A model generated the notes under the pieces. That model was not told the origin of the DNA, did not search any database, and saw only the letters and a list, made by a program, of their open reading frames with translations. A DNA stretch of 64,000 bases, taken from Phoronis australis. Lineage: Eukaryota > Animalia > Phoronida. Shown piece by piece: positions 22,860 through 36,083 of the stretch; within the stretch, counting starts at the first letter, position 1; each line of letters starts with the position of its first letter. The position numbers and the translations under genes were made by a program. The DNA lies in the NCBI GenBank assembly GCA_002633005.1, contig NMRA01000056.1, positions 381,165 through 445,164 on the forward strand. Direction: 5' to 3'.

Positions 22860-25800
22860 CCACATAACCTTAAAATGTCTCAAAAGAATCTAACAATCGT
22901 TAGATCGTGTATAACCTTTTTACAAGGATTTAAAACATTGTGCTGGATTCCAGTTTTACCGTCATTTCTTGAATGAGCCACGAACATGCATTGTCTGGCT
23001 GCACTTGATTGACATCGGTGGGTCCGCCCGGTCAACCGGCTAAGAAAATCCAAAGTCTTAAAATGCGGTAATTCTACTTTCATCATCCTGTTTCAATATA
23101 CTATACAAAGGCCGGCAAGCATTTTTCTGCCCTGGTGTTATTCAACCAAGAACAACTATTGAAAAATGCTTCTTATGACACAACTGTGAGCGCCTTCGAT
23201 GGGCAACTACACTTAAAAGGTGCAGTCTCAGATGGAGATGCACTACAATAATCTACTAACAAAGAAGTAGCTAAGGCAAAATTTTGTGCAATCATTGCAC
23301 GTATATCCACCAAACACGTATAAACCCATGAAAACATCCTTAAACACGAGTATACGAACGGATATTACCATTCTTCCTCGGCGATGTAAACTTGAAGCAG
23401 GGCCAACTTCTAAAGTACCTAAAGTTGGACAGAACATTTTATTATTGACAACAGAAGACAGGCAGAGTTGTGCTCTAAAAGTATATGTCTTGAGGTAATT
23501 TTGCTAAAGCACTACTAGTACAAGGCCGTATGTAGGAAGCGAAAACAGGAAAGGGGCGCAAGCCTCAGGGCAAGTGGCCGTACACAATTTATCAGTAAAG
23601 ATTGGGGTGCGGAAAGTGGTGCCGAATGGTAGCCAGACGCTGACGAAGTAAATTTATGCACTCAAATATTTCCTTCCCGGCTGCAGGCCTCTAGGGTACT
23701 TGTAAGAAGTATTTTAAGAAGGAACTACATCTGCGGTAGGATAGAGCGTAAAATTCAAATCTAAGCAAACGTCATTTCCACTGTGTCTCATCCTGCTTAG
23801 ACGTTATAATGCATGGCACTAAACCAAACGAGAACTTAAATTCCAAATCATAAACTGCATTCTTACGTGCTGCTCTCCCAGGTTTCATGGCTTTAGTTGA
23901 TAAACCCACCTACCATCACAAAAAGCAACGTTTGATCAATTACTGTTAAGCAGTGTTCTCAAATTGTTCTTTAGCCAAATTGAAAATGATTTTAGGGCGT
24001 CGAAAGAGCCGACACTTCTTGTACAATGCTTCGAATGTCACGACACCGTATATAGTTACACAAATTTAACAAATTGCCACATCTTTGCAAGCTCAGAAAT
24101 TATGTTTAAATCTGAGAAAGGAACAAAATGAGATCAATTTTGTAGTGGTAAGAGATCGTGGGTTTATAGCCGTTTTAAAACGTATGTGTAGCCTTAACTG
24201 TCCGTTTCAATAGCGCCTGCGTGCAGATACAAACGAACCAATGTAGCTGCGTGAGATACTGTTCACGTTATTAATCTTTCGTTTTAGACTAACCTGCTAT
24301 TATTACTGTTATGATTATAGAATCTAAGTATGGTTTACCCGGTGCTAAAATGTCCGCCATAGCGGAACGAGGCGATGTATTTGCTTTTACTAGAAGGTCT
24401 ACACTTCTGAAATGTAACGGTTCTGTCTGATGCTTCGTCACTCCAGGGGAAAATACGTCCGTCGTGCCTAGCTGCTTGACAAATGGGCGAATCCTAGTAT
24501 AGAAAAGAGGTTATATCTATTACAAACAAACATGTTTGCATTAATATTTTTACATAGTTTTAATCATGCTTGTAGGTGACTACTTTTACGAACAGCCAGC
24601 CCACTCTCCTCATTTGCTCGATGTCTGTTTTCGTTTTTGCTTCCGTTGTTCACAACACTTGACACTATGCTCATTATAAGCCCGTATTTTTGATGGGTTA
24701 ACAGCACAGCTCTTCATGTCATTGTTTGGCTATGAATGAACTTTTCTTTTTTGCTAAATCTCATTTAAAAGACAGGGTCACGCGCCCATGAAGTGGTAGC
24801 ATATTGATGTAAAAGGCAATCATGGAATTCTACATGCTTTCTAGTTTTGGGAAAATATGTACCTTTACTGGGTTAAGTTCTATACTTATGTAGATATTGA
24901 GCTATAGGTGAAGACTTTTCGATGAGGTCCTGCATTAGTATTTTTAACGGCTGAGTGGAGAAGAAACGGTAAGTCGGTTATGAATAGGCTTTGGTACGGT
25001 TTTAAATGAATTCAAGTGCGACACGAAACATCTGTCGACTGAGTACGAAGTTGTTTCTCAGATAAATGTGTACGTTCATTTGTAACTGTCTCGATATAGA
25101 CACGCTTTACGACCAAAGTAGACAAGTCTGTTTCTTGAAAATTGGTCTTAGTCAAATCTCCATGTGCAAAAACACAAAGCCTTTGAGAATGTACAAAAAA
25201 CTGCTCGTTACTGAGATAAATTCTATAAACTATTTCTGGACTCCGAAGCGATCGTAATTACCTGGGTATTTTTTAGCAATTATGAAGTGGGAACGTAAGA
25301 CCAAGTTTCTCTTTCAAGACTGAAGTCTCTTTCATAAAACAGGCCCCCTGAAATACCTTTGGATGTCTACTGTGAAACCCGGCTGTGATACATATAAACT
25401 TACACTCGTGTAGTCCTGGGAACCGTACACAGTTCCACTCCGACAGTCTTCTTTTGGACACGTGTATTGAGTGCTGAAAGAAGTTGTTATACGTTTGAGG
25501 GTGTTGTACAATTCTCGTCTCCTTTAGAATAAGTTAGCCAAGGCCTAGACAATCACTGCAATGGCGAAACTCGTCGTCAAAACGATTATAGCCCGCTACT
25601 CAATGCTGAAGGGCTGTAGTGTCCAGTCCGAAACGTCGGCTAGCACGTCGTCTCTGAGTAAGTGAATTACTTTACCTAAGGTCATGGCAGTCTTGTGGCA
25701 TGGTCACGTTTTTGTCAATCCCACGTGTTCTACATATGTGACTGTTTGGGAAATCAACTTGTGAAAAGAAAATGTTTGTGACAATTAAAATTTTTTCTCC

Positions 25801-27939
25801 ACTTCATCTTAGTTAAAAAAATCATAAAACGAATGTTAACGCAGGTTAGTTCAGTCCAAAGATAACCATAAACAATTCTCATTCAATACAAATCTAAATT
25901 ATTTGAATTTAATATTACTTTTTTGGCATAATTTGTATTTTCGGTGATGCACCACCACCTAAAATGGCCGCCGTAGTGAGTGACAGCTGACTCATGCATC
26001 ATGGGTACTCACTCAACTGCCGCCATGTTTACTGAGGAAACCCATCCATTCCAAAGTAAAACGTTTAAAAATGAATTCAATAATGGGGTGAAAGCGATAC
26101 ATTTCAACTGTCGAAACTCATCCTGCGTTCATATTTGGTAAATTTAAAGGAAAAGAGAATCTTGTAAGAAGGTCATTTCATTCTGGACTTTTTATTCTGA
26201 AGTGTACTCACTTGACAGTGAGTTCTACGACATGTGTTTCTCCACCGCTCTCCGTAAATTGTTGGCCTGTACACTGTTACTGTCCCAAGCAGCTTCGAAA
26301 AATCATCTTTCTACTTTCCTTATCAACGAATATTTGAGGGTGAAGGTGGAAGACGATCTTAGTGTTTACATTTTCCCGCGCCCTGAATGGATGGACTTTT
26401 AAAATAGCTTCACTGAGGCAATGTTTAAAAAGCAAAATACGGAAATATTGCAATTTATGTTCAATTTAATACGCCTCTTCCGTTTCAATTAAAGTTTATT
26501 CTATTTGCCCAACGACCGCGGTTACCTTTAAAACATATGGCCATTCTCAACAATATTCTTGCTTTTTGCCCTTTGATTCACATATCATTCCAGAGATTGC
26601 TATGTTTTAAATATTGACGGCAGTCAAAAGGAAATTCATTATAAAACAACACGATGTTTCGCTTCACTAACTTTAGTAAAATATCCTCAGGTGAGTATAA
26701 GTGTCCCTATGGGAAGTCTGTTGAACCACCGTGTAGAAGAACAAACAATAGGTTACCATCGTTGAAAAGAGTTCTGACTTGCATTTAGTGAATCGATGGT
26801 GAGCCAGGTGTACTTTCAGCTGAGTACCTATTCGCTTATAAGCTGAATTCCGTTCTGTTTAACTGGCTAAAAACGGGAGAGATATTTTTGAAGTTGACGG
26901 TTGACAAAAGTTACACAGCATTATTTTGTTCTTGAAAGCTGCGTTGGAAATTCGTTGTTAATGTCTGTTATAGGTCAAAACCGGGTAGATTTTCCTTTTT
27001 AAGTTTCTACTTGAGACTATACTTTCAAAATCTACCATGCGCTAGTGTGAAACTACTTTCAATTTCATTTTCCCAACTCCTTGTTTTTGCTTCTAATACT
27101 ATTCGGATGCCTACTTTCACTTTCTATTTTCAAGAGTAGGCCTGTTAAATATTCATTCTATCATCATGACTCCTCCCTGGCAATAAGGGGATATTTAACC
27201 CCAACCAGGTGAACGATTTGACAAAAGGAAAGGGTTGCTGGCTTGCCTCGGGTCACGGCTCTCACCTTGAACAAACGACATGCTTTGACTTGGTATGATG
27301 AATTACTCATATGTCAGTATTGTTGAAATGAATGGTTGACACAGTACATCTGTTTGTAAAAGACGAAATGAAAACCCCGGGACACATAGGTTAGTTTGTC
27401 GTCTCAGCTTGGGAATATTTAGTAACCGCCGAGTCGTGACAAGCACGTCCGTCGCATCTCGTTAATCTGCAGTTCTTTTTACTCAAGCCTGGTGATCTTG
27501 CCGTGAGACTTTGTGTATATCAATTGTCATCGGGAATTGAGCCGTTGCTTAAGACAAACGTTTTGTGATATTTTTAAGCAGACGATTGTGTACCCATCAT
27601 ATAGCAAAAGTGCTAACAGTCGCAAGTTAATTCAGAATATTGGATACTTGACATTGTGTGAACGAGATCTCCCAAGGTAATAGTTATATTGACTAAATAG
27701 TTCGATGTACCCTTAGCGTTTATATGTGAGTTATGATTTGTGCGCATTGGTATTACAGTACATAGGATGGTTTAAATGTGCAACGCACTAGATTTGACTT
27801 AAATTTCTTTATCGGTAACCTGTGACCACGCTGTGAGTTGAATTCTTACATTTTTGTTTTCCGACAGTCTGTGACTTTGTTTTCTTTCAGTGTTTTAGTT
27901 TACTGTCTGACGACTGGTGGGACAAAAATTCCAAGAAGA

Positions 27940-28863
27940 ATGGTCGACTACGTGACTTTATACATCGCCTTCCCCGCTGTCTTGGGAATTTTAAGTCTCG
28001 TAACGCTTTGGGTCATTCTTTGTAGTAAAGTACGTCTCGAAGATGACAATGGATTTCTCGGAGATGTGGTCTGTTACTGCTTTTCAAAAACTATTAAAAG
28101 AGAAGACAATACAGATAACATTGTGTTTCTCAAAACACATTTGCCGAGAAAATGGATCTATTGGTGCTTTTTTGCCTCCTCGCTTTGGATATCTCTTGTA
28201 TTTGTGTTTGCTTGGTTCTCTATTTTGGACCTGAATGAAAAAACATATTGCGGAGACGAAGCTACTCTGATCTTGAACGAAATTGTTGAAAACTGTCAAA
28301 TATTGTTGCTGAATCGTACATCAAATGACGACGTTTGTAACGGAAGTTTGGCGGTGAAATGTACACACATGGTCAATCATTCCCACGCTGGAGCCATTTT
28401 GGCTATTGTATTTGGTGTTATGAGTTTTGTGGATGTTCAGGTATTTATGGGGGCCACCTGTGTCAAAAGAATTCGTACCACAACTTGTGACGGACCTTGG
28501 AGTTGCATCAAAATCGTCATGAACTATCTTTTTCTTTTCTTTGAGTTCATCGCCACTGTGGGATTGCCCATACTCTTTCCGGCCCTGTCCTACGTGCGGA
28601 ACCTCGAATACGTCAGCAAAATTGGAGTGAAGAACGTCGCCCAAGATTTCTTCGTCTTTTTTCGCTGGACAGACACGAAGGAAGAGACCATTGCAGTTTT
28701 GGTGGGGGGAATCCTTGCCGGTGTATGCTCTCTGGTTACCCTGATCATAACTTGCTGCTGTGCCTATGATCTGGTCGATCGAAACGCTCAACCACCACCG
28801 GCGGGGCATAATCAAGGGCCCAGACAGGGCCAAATAGCGAATCCTGCTTTTCAGGGAATTTAG
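27940..28863 (+). CDS. Uncharacterised multi-pass membrane protein (~5 TM, 307 aa), single coding exon
   Basis: long stop-free ORF; ATG 27940 follows tttctttcAG acceptor (27890) with an upstream donor at 27677; five hydrophobic segments; Cys/N-glycan loop (NRTS, NGSL, NHSH). Confidence 0.8.
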   Translation: MVDYVTLYIAFPAVLGILSLVTLWVILCSKVRLEDDNGFLGDVVCYCFSKTIKREDNTDNIVFLKTHLPRKWIYWCFFASSLWISLVFVFAWFSILDLNEKTYCGDEATLILNEIVENCQILLLNRTSNDDVCNGSLAVKCTHMVNHSHAGAILAIVFGVMSFVDVQVFMGATCVKRIRTTTCDGPWSCIKIVMNYLFLFFEFIATVGLPILFPALSYVRNLEYVSKIGVKNVAQDFFVFFRWTDTKEETIAVLVGGILAGVCSLVTLIITCCCAYDLVDRNAQPPPAGHNQGPRQGQIANPAFQGI

Positions 28864-29984
28864 TCGAATAGTGGATGACACTCAGATCAAATAGGATCAG
28901 ATGAAGACACGTTCTTGTGTGTCAGCAACAATATGGTTGTAAACGTCATCAACAACCTTTGTATCGACTTCGTTTTGGTACAACAACAAACATATTAAGA
29001 CACCCAAGCCTTTTACTGCCAACGTTATTTTAGCCATATACAGAATGGCGGGAATTATTATACTTTCAAAAGACATAATTCAAACCGTTTAGATAGGACG
29101 ATTTGTTAATCAAACATATCGAGCTTTATGGAACTTGACCCTACTGCGCAATTTTGAACTTATTTTTGTGAGCAACTCTTGCAGAAAGAACAGTGACGTC
29201 ACCGGACTGCACACTGGCACGTTCAAGGCACGTGTGGACATTTTAGATCCGTGTTTAGTGAAAGAGAATTGAAGCAGTAGATGAGGATTTAAGTGTTACT
29301 GTATTCGGTAAACCAACCCTTAAACAGCTGAGTATTGGCTAGTGTTACAGGGCCCTTGGGGCTGTTAATTCAGTTGACCACTAGGTAAATATCCTGCGAC
29401 GCAGAAATAGCCAGTGGCCGAAAAAACAGAACTCGGCTCAGTGGCCTGAGCAAATTCGTTACTCTTACCGCAGAAATGTTATTGCAAGTGCTCGCGTTTC
29501 TAGATGTTTTTTTTTTGTTTGTTTTGGTCACTTGCTCGCGGTACGGAAGATCTCCGTAACTCCTGTTTCTACTTCCAGCTTCCTGAAATGTACATGCACT
29601 AGTGTTGTCAAACAGTTCAGTTTCCAGCTGACGTATTTTGGAGACGATGGAGGAGGGGGTAGCTTAATTCTGTACTATGCGACTTCTGCGAGAGCAAACA
29701 ATGTCAATACAAGACTAAACAACACTACGAGGGCTGCTTATCAATGAGAATATAATGTTCCGATACAGCTGGCTATTAATAGCACAATTCTTTAAGTGCA
29801 GCCAACTAGTTGAGAAAGGTCGGAAGAGATGCAACTAGTGAAAGATGATGCACTAAAACACGTGACCCACAACACGATCCAAGGACGTTCGGAGACAACG
29901 AGGTACTCTGAAGGATGCTTAAACTGAATATTAGTTCATAGTCAATATTTAGTGGTACAGTTACTGTACTCGATAAGGCAATCC

Positions 29985-31990
29985 ATATAAAAACCAGAAG
30001 ATTTTCAAAAATAAGTCTATACGTCAAAATTCAAAACAACTTCATTTTTGTACATGGGTAGGTATCCTAACAAAAACCCAAATGCCAAATTTTGTGCACT
30101 CAATGACCCCTAGTTTCGCCGCTGGAGCATGATAACACAAATTGGCAAAATTGGGCATATTAGCCATCTCAAAAATCACAAGTTTTCGGCAACAAAAATG
30201 AGTAACATACACAATAGATCAAAAGCTGCATTTTTGTGGCTGAAATAACCAACGTATACTGTGCATAATTCTATGCCATTTATTAAAATCTGACAGTTTT
30301 GTGCTAGACAGGGGAGATAATCCATTTACCACATTTTGGGGCTAATTTTAGTGGCCATTTTTGTGACCTTCTTACTGCCATAAAACACCTTGTAGCCTTA
30401 TGTGACGTTTCGAACATACATGTACAGTTAAGGAGTTAGTCTTGATGACTGAGCAATAAAAAATCTTGTCTCCACTATACACTTTAATGAAAATTGTCTT
30501 GCAAACTGTCTATTTTCATAGTTTGGAAATGACGAGCATAGTTTACAGACCATTTGAACAAACTTTTAGGCAAGAAGTCTGCTTTAGAAATCAAGTCTAA
30601 ACTCTTTCAAATTAAAAGATGTTTTCCGGGTTTATTACGCGGCTAGTATCAAAACTGAACCCGATGACCTTTTCCCACTGAGGGAGACAGCTGAGGTTAA
30701 GCTTGAGGATATATAAAAATGTGCGTGTAACTCTCTTGTTTTCTTTCATTTCTTTTACATTATCAGGTTAATTTAAACACTCTGTGGAACCTTTAAATGG
30801 AAATAAATGACTTTAAGTTTAAACGAGTAAGAATTGATATTTGTAATGACTGGTTTTGAGAGAAGCAATTGCATTTTAAAAAGACAAAATTGCGGACGAT
30901 GTCGATGGGCCTTTAGAGTTTATTCTGCAAAAAATGCGATCACATAAGCTTTGTGCTTTGTTGAGTTATGTCAAAGACACCACTGAACATTTGAGATACA
31001 GGAAAGTACCTCACAAAGCAAGGCCTGTGCCAGAGTACGGACTCGTACTACCCCGAGTCGGTGAATTTCTGACTTAACAGGACCAGTCATGGAAGAGTCA
31101 GGTAATGCTGGATGTTATCACTATTCTCCTCTCCTCTTGAACGTAGCATTTCTGCTTCGAGATATGACTTTAGTGAAAGTCAGAATGGAAAGGAACTCTG
31201 TGATCGCAAGATCGCTCCACTCAACAACATGCGAAGTACTTTGTAGCCGAAGGTAACAATATCATAAACTTGCTGGATTTGAAAGAAGCATTACTTTCCA
31301 GTGGCCGTGTGAAGGGATGTTATGTGTATGCATGTTCAGTCAATGCTACAAAGTCTTTTCCAAAATACTCAGTTCCTGGTGTAAGCCCATTCCCAAATTC
31401 ACACTATTCCACCCAAAGAATTCGCATGTGGAAATCATTCCGTGTAGGTGACGGTAAGTTCTTACTAATACTGAGAAAATGGGAAACCCATTTCTCTAAA
31501 ATACACTAACATCTCTAGATATGGCGGATTTTCAACACCAAGAGTTAAGGTTGGTATTGTATCTAGTGAAGAGCCTCAACAAAATTTCCCTTGTACCCAG
31601 CAAGGTTACTCGATTTTTTTGCTACAGACGAAGAACCAGGTCAGCATTTGGATGTGGGTAACCACACAGAACATTTACAGAGGAAACCATGTATGATCAC
31701 ATCGCACGACAGTGGTCAGAAATGCTTTCAGATGCAAGAACCGGAGCGTCATTTGAGGCAGCCTCGGAGTACTATGTGGATGAGACGAATGCTGAAGCAA
31801 TAGGTTAGGCTTTGAAAAAAGGTAAAAGGTCAACAAGATTTTCAGTAAAGGTTAAGAACTTTCTGACAAACATAAACGATGAAGGAGATAGGTCACGTAA
31901 AAACTTTCAACCTAAGAAGTGCCAAAATGGAGGAAACATTACGAGAACCCACTGGGAACGTGTTTACCTGTGATGTTAAGTGAATAGCAG
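29985..31990 (+). mobile_element. Sola3-like DNA transposon relic with degenerate transposase
   Basis: SGNAGCYH, YDFSESQNGKELCDRKIAPL, EGNNI..LKEALLSSG, ALKKGKRSTRFS with frameshifts; sister copy at 40699 starts TTAA|GAG; superfamily assignment from recalled motifs. Confidence 0.65.
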
Positions 31991-31995
31991 ATTGG

Positions 31996-32400
31996 TGGAT
32001 TTATTGCGGTGCATCGGTTCCCGCTTGTCAGAACTATGAAGCTGCGAAGAAAGCGGGTATATCGTTTTTTCGACTTCCTCGAGACCCCGAAATGCTTAGG
32101 AAGTGGCTCGCTGTAGTGAAGAATGAAAGGTATGCTGTTAATAGCAAGTATGAGGCCGTGAAACATCTCCTTGTCTGTGGCCGGCATTTCGTCGACAGTG
32201 CCCTCTGACGAATTCCGGCTTACCAAAGAACTATCCATACGTTCCGTTGCCCACGCATGTTCACGGCGCCTCTCTAGTATTTCTTGATCAGTGTATTCCG
32301 GTTCGAACTGATAGCCTGTGAAACCTAACGATCCGACCCGTGAAGTCTTCGTCGGATGAGCTCTTGACTAAGTCGGGTTTGGCACCGGGCGAGTTGCCAT
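31996..32400. mobile_element. Kolobok-like internally deleted transposon: THAP N-terminus (+) joined to KolX-like N-terminus (-)
   Basis: +31996-32208 YCGASVPACQN...GISFFRLPRDPEMLRKW...LLVCGRHF (C2CH THAP); minus strand ~32330-32210 GYQFEPEYTDQEI. Confidence 0.65.
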
Positions 32401-32892
32401 GTAGACATTTATTATTCTGCGTTCTGTTTCAAAATGAATTATTCTCTTCCTAAAATCATCCTAACCAATGCTTATATGAAACTGAAACAAAGTCTGTCTC
32501 ATTAGATACAATGTGTAATGCCTTGGAGTGCTCGTGAGTGCAAATGTTTTGAGAAGCCAGCAATGAATAAATCACTGCATTAGGCTACAGGCTTTTGATG
32601 CTGGCATTGAAAGGTAATTGACCGGGCACCGAGGCCGTATGAGAGCATGCTAATTCAGTGTTTGCTGACAGAAAGCTGCTGTGAAACAATTACTCGATTT
32701 CATATGCTATTGTCACATGTTAGAGGAATCTTTATTTAGAAATACAAATACATTATTCAAATCATTGTTACTGTACAACCTTTGCCCTGACTGTCTGTGG
32801 AAGGGGAACTTCGAGGCTCCCGACAAGTCAGTAGATTTTCAGGTTCGTGGCTAATTCAATGGGCGATGTCAGCATTCCCGAGCTGCCATTAT

Positions 32893-33606
32893 GGCGTTTT
32901 GTGCATGCCCATCTTGCAGAGTCTTAGTTAGTTTTATCTATTACGTCATAATAAATGACAAATATTCCCAATCCTCCTCTTGTTTTACTCTGCAACATAG
33001 CTCGTGGCGTACCCCGGGCAAAATAGATTACGATAAATTAAATTTAACTTGTTAAATGCATTTATCGTCATTATTTTGACACTTGTCTCTTTATTTCGAG
33101 ACCAGTCCTTAGGGTTTATTTTGCATTACTCATCTCTATTTATAGCCTCTAGGGCCTACTTTTGTATTCATACTTTTCTCTACGCGACTCCTGATTGGTC
33201 GCCCATATTTCCTTTGTTCTGTTCAACGTGGTCTCTCATTCAGCCACCTACCTCGTCGTCTACGAGACCTACGTTCGTTCTCTTCATTTTTTCCCCACCC
33301 CCCATCCCGGGTGGCGGTTCCACTTTCTCTTTGCTCGTATACATTTCCTGTTAGGTTGTTTCAAGTTTTGTGTTCATGTTCTGTACTTTTCCTTTAAGCC
33401 CTTCAGGCAGTTCTTTTGTTTTGTTCCCTCTTGCAGGGCTATTCATTGTACACGCCGGTGGGCGTTTTGTGCATGCCCATCTTGCAGAGTCTTAGTTAGT
33501 TTTATCTATTACATCATAATAAATGACAAATATTCCCAATCCTCCTCTTGTTTTACTCTGCAACATAGCTCGTGGCGTACCCCGGGCAAAATAGATTACG
33601 ATAAAT
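32893..33606. repeat. 146-bp near-identical direct repeat pair (32893-33038, 33461-33606)
   Basis: one mismatch visible between copies. Confidence 0.9.
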
Positions 33607-33700
33607 AATTACATTCACATTATTTCTTTGGCTCACTATTATAGTCTTTTTGTCGGTGACTGGAGGTTTAGTTTCCAACTCAAGCTGGTTTGTGTTCGTG

Positions 33701-33812
33701 CCAGTCCCAGCCGCCGCGACGGGCCTGATCGGATTCCAAGCCACTGGCCGGGATAACGAGTCAGTCCGGCCGCGACGGGCCTGATCGGGTTCTGAGCCAC
33801 TGGCCGGGATAA
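33701..33812. repeat. ~55-bp GC-rich tandem duplication
   Basis: gccgcgacgggcctgatcgg...gccactggccgggataac twice. Confidence 0.85.
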
Positions 33813-35864
33813 CAAGCGTTTTGTGTGTTTAGAACTCAAAAAATCACAAATATAAACAACACAGATCTAGGTTCTCCTATCTGTATTTCACGTAAGAATA
33901 CTTCGAATTTATCTCCGAACAGACCCCAAACTCCTGCTACGGCATTACCCTTGATAAATTGGCCTGCCGAACTTTGTAGGCTACGGTGTGTCCAAATACC
34001 GGTAAATCCGTAACAGCGAAATAAAACAACGCGTTTTTATAAGAATCCGGTGTATTTTTAAGGGTTTTACATCGAAGTTTGATGATTTATTGCTGTTAAA
34101 CGATGAATTCAAGCGATAAGCTGAAACCACTAACCCGTGTTGTGAACTGCTGAACAGAATGCGTGTGAAACCAATTGCGTCATTGGATACTTTCAACACC
34201 TCCGTCTGGCGTCAGGTGTCAGGTAACGCAACCGAACGTGCCGTTATCGAGTAGAACTACTCAATCTAAATTGATACAAAATAGGTTGCTTTTTGGGTGG
34301 CATTCTCCTTTAAGGTCCTCATTTGACGCAGCTTAATCAAGGGGAAGGGAAATTTGTATACACAACGATGACTCTCAGTTCTATGTTTTTGAGATGAGAC
34401 GGAATTAGTAATATCAGAGATGAGGATGCCGTGATGGCTAACTGGTTCCCTGCGTGCCGCTAGGTGGTAGCCAGCACGCAGGTAGCTGGCAGTTGCACGC
34501 GCTTTATCATTGGTTGATGTAACCTTGACAGTAATTGGCAAGCTTTGCAACAAAGTGAGAAAATGGCGGACTATGGACGATTTTTAGCCTTGTCCATGCA
34601 ATTCAAAAGTGGCTTAGCAGCAACTATTTTGTTTCTGCAGTAGGCCTAATTTTAAGCACATCGATTCAAGAATCACGTTTGGCAGTGATTGGATACGAGC
34701 TTAGCAATGAAATCAATGTATTAAGAACTCAAGTAGTCAACTTTTTGGACACCTTTTAAATGGTTACTAAATGGACACAAATACCGAGCGGACGGAAGGT
34801 CGGGAGGGGGTTCCTCTTGTGTAAGATTTTTTTTTGTTTTTAGTAGCCAATTTTGTTTTCCTGGTGACATTTTTTTTTAATTTTTATTTTTGATCCTGTC
34901 CCAAGGGGAGCGTTTGAACCCTCTGAACACCCCCCGTATATCCGCCTGTGCTTCGAATTCTTTTCTATCATGTTAGTTGCTCGTATGAAGTTTGTGAGGC
35001 TGTGCACCATTGTCACTTGTGACAAGAGAAGACTATCTCCATTGACCAAAGGTTTTATTGGGTCTAGACCTCCTTTACCCCAAAAATGTGAAGTACTCGT
35101 CGGTGTTTTCTCAGAGCAAGCAAGCACGGTTATAGTTAAGTTCTGGTTTTTGAGCAACGACGGAGGGCTGCCTATAGTTAACTTACCGTCGGCGTCTACT
35201 GACGGAAACGCACACACGTGTTCACGCATGCGTGTCAATCCACCAATCCACAATCGAATTGGACACTATTTGAAAAACATACCTGTATTTGACGAACATT
35301 TTCAATTCCAAATTTGAAAACGCCTACCTTTTACCGTGCTTTGCTAGCAAGCAATATCAGATAACACACCTATTTTCTGCTGTTTTGTTTCATAGTCGAT
35401 TTTAAGGCATTCACACCACGATGTGACTTTTTGGGAGCTATCTCGCTGCTATATAGCTTAGCTAGGTATAGACATTTACTTCTAGACTCCCTTGTCTCCC
35501 TACGGTGTAACCACCACGCGTGTTCAATGCCGATGAGTAACATGAAGCCTACCCTAAACGTTTGCACGATCCTGTCATCTACGCAAATACGACTCGGGCG
35601 AAGCTGGCCGGGTACCGCACGGCCCGATGATAACGTGAAGCGCTTTGAATCATAAGCAAATTCAAAATTATTACTAACTTAGTTAACAATTGTAGATAGT
35701 AGCACCAGTAGCTGCAACAATTTTGTTGTTGTCCATCTGTATCATGTCTTTAACGGATAGACTGAGGCTGGACCTTTTCCGCGGAGGGAACACCCCCTGG
35801 CTACGGGTCTGTAGAAGCTCTATTTGTACTGGGTGTTGATCAATCAAAGATAAAGTGAACTCGC

Positions 35865-35955
35865 CACTCGTCAGATAGTCCATGAGCCACAGTTGTAAAC
35901 CACGTGAGCACGAAACCCACAAAAGTAGAAAGAGGCACTTAAAGGCACACTCCAT
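35865..35955 (-). CDS. Candidate signal-peptide first exon (GC-type donor)
   Basis: MECAFKCLFLLLWVSCSRGLQLWLMDYLTS then G|GCGAGT, phase 1; CRE and TATA-like motif upstream. Confidence 0.3.
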
Positions 35956-36068
35956 CGCTATTTCAGGTTCGTTTCTATTATTTGGAAATGTTCAAGACGC
36001 CTTTTTGGCTCCGTCATCTGCTAAACCTGGTGCTACTGGCCACAAAACTCCTCACGTAATATAAGTCA

Positions 36069-36083
36069 CTTATACTGACGTCA
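36069..36083 (-). promoter_or_regulatory. CRE palindrome TGACGTCA next to TATA-like TATAAG
   Basis: minus strand TGACGTCAGTATAAG about 115 bp upstream of ATG 35955. Confidence 0.3.

Noticed and set aside
26212-26266. Possible micro-exon with GTGAGT donor
   Set aside because: Acceptor lacks a polypyrimidine tract
27838-27939. TTG-started N-terminal extension of the 341-aa ORF
   Set aside because: Covers an intron end (tttctttcAG) and 5'UTR; ATG 27940 is the plausible eukaryotic start
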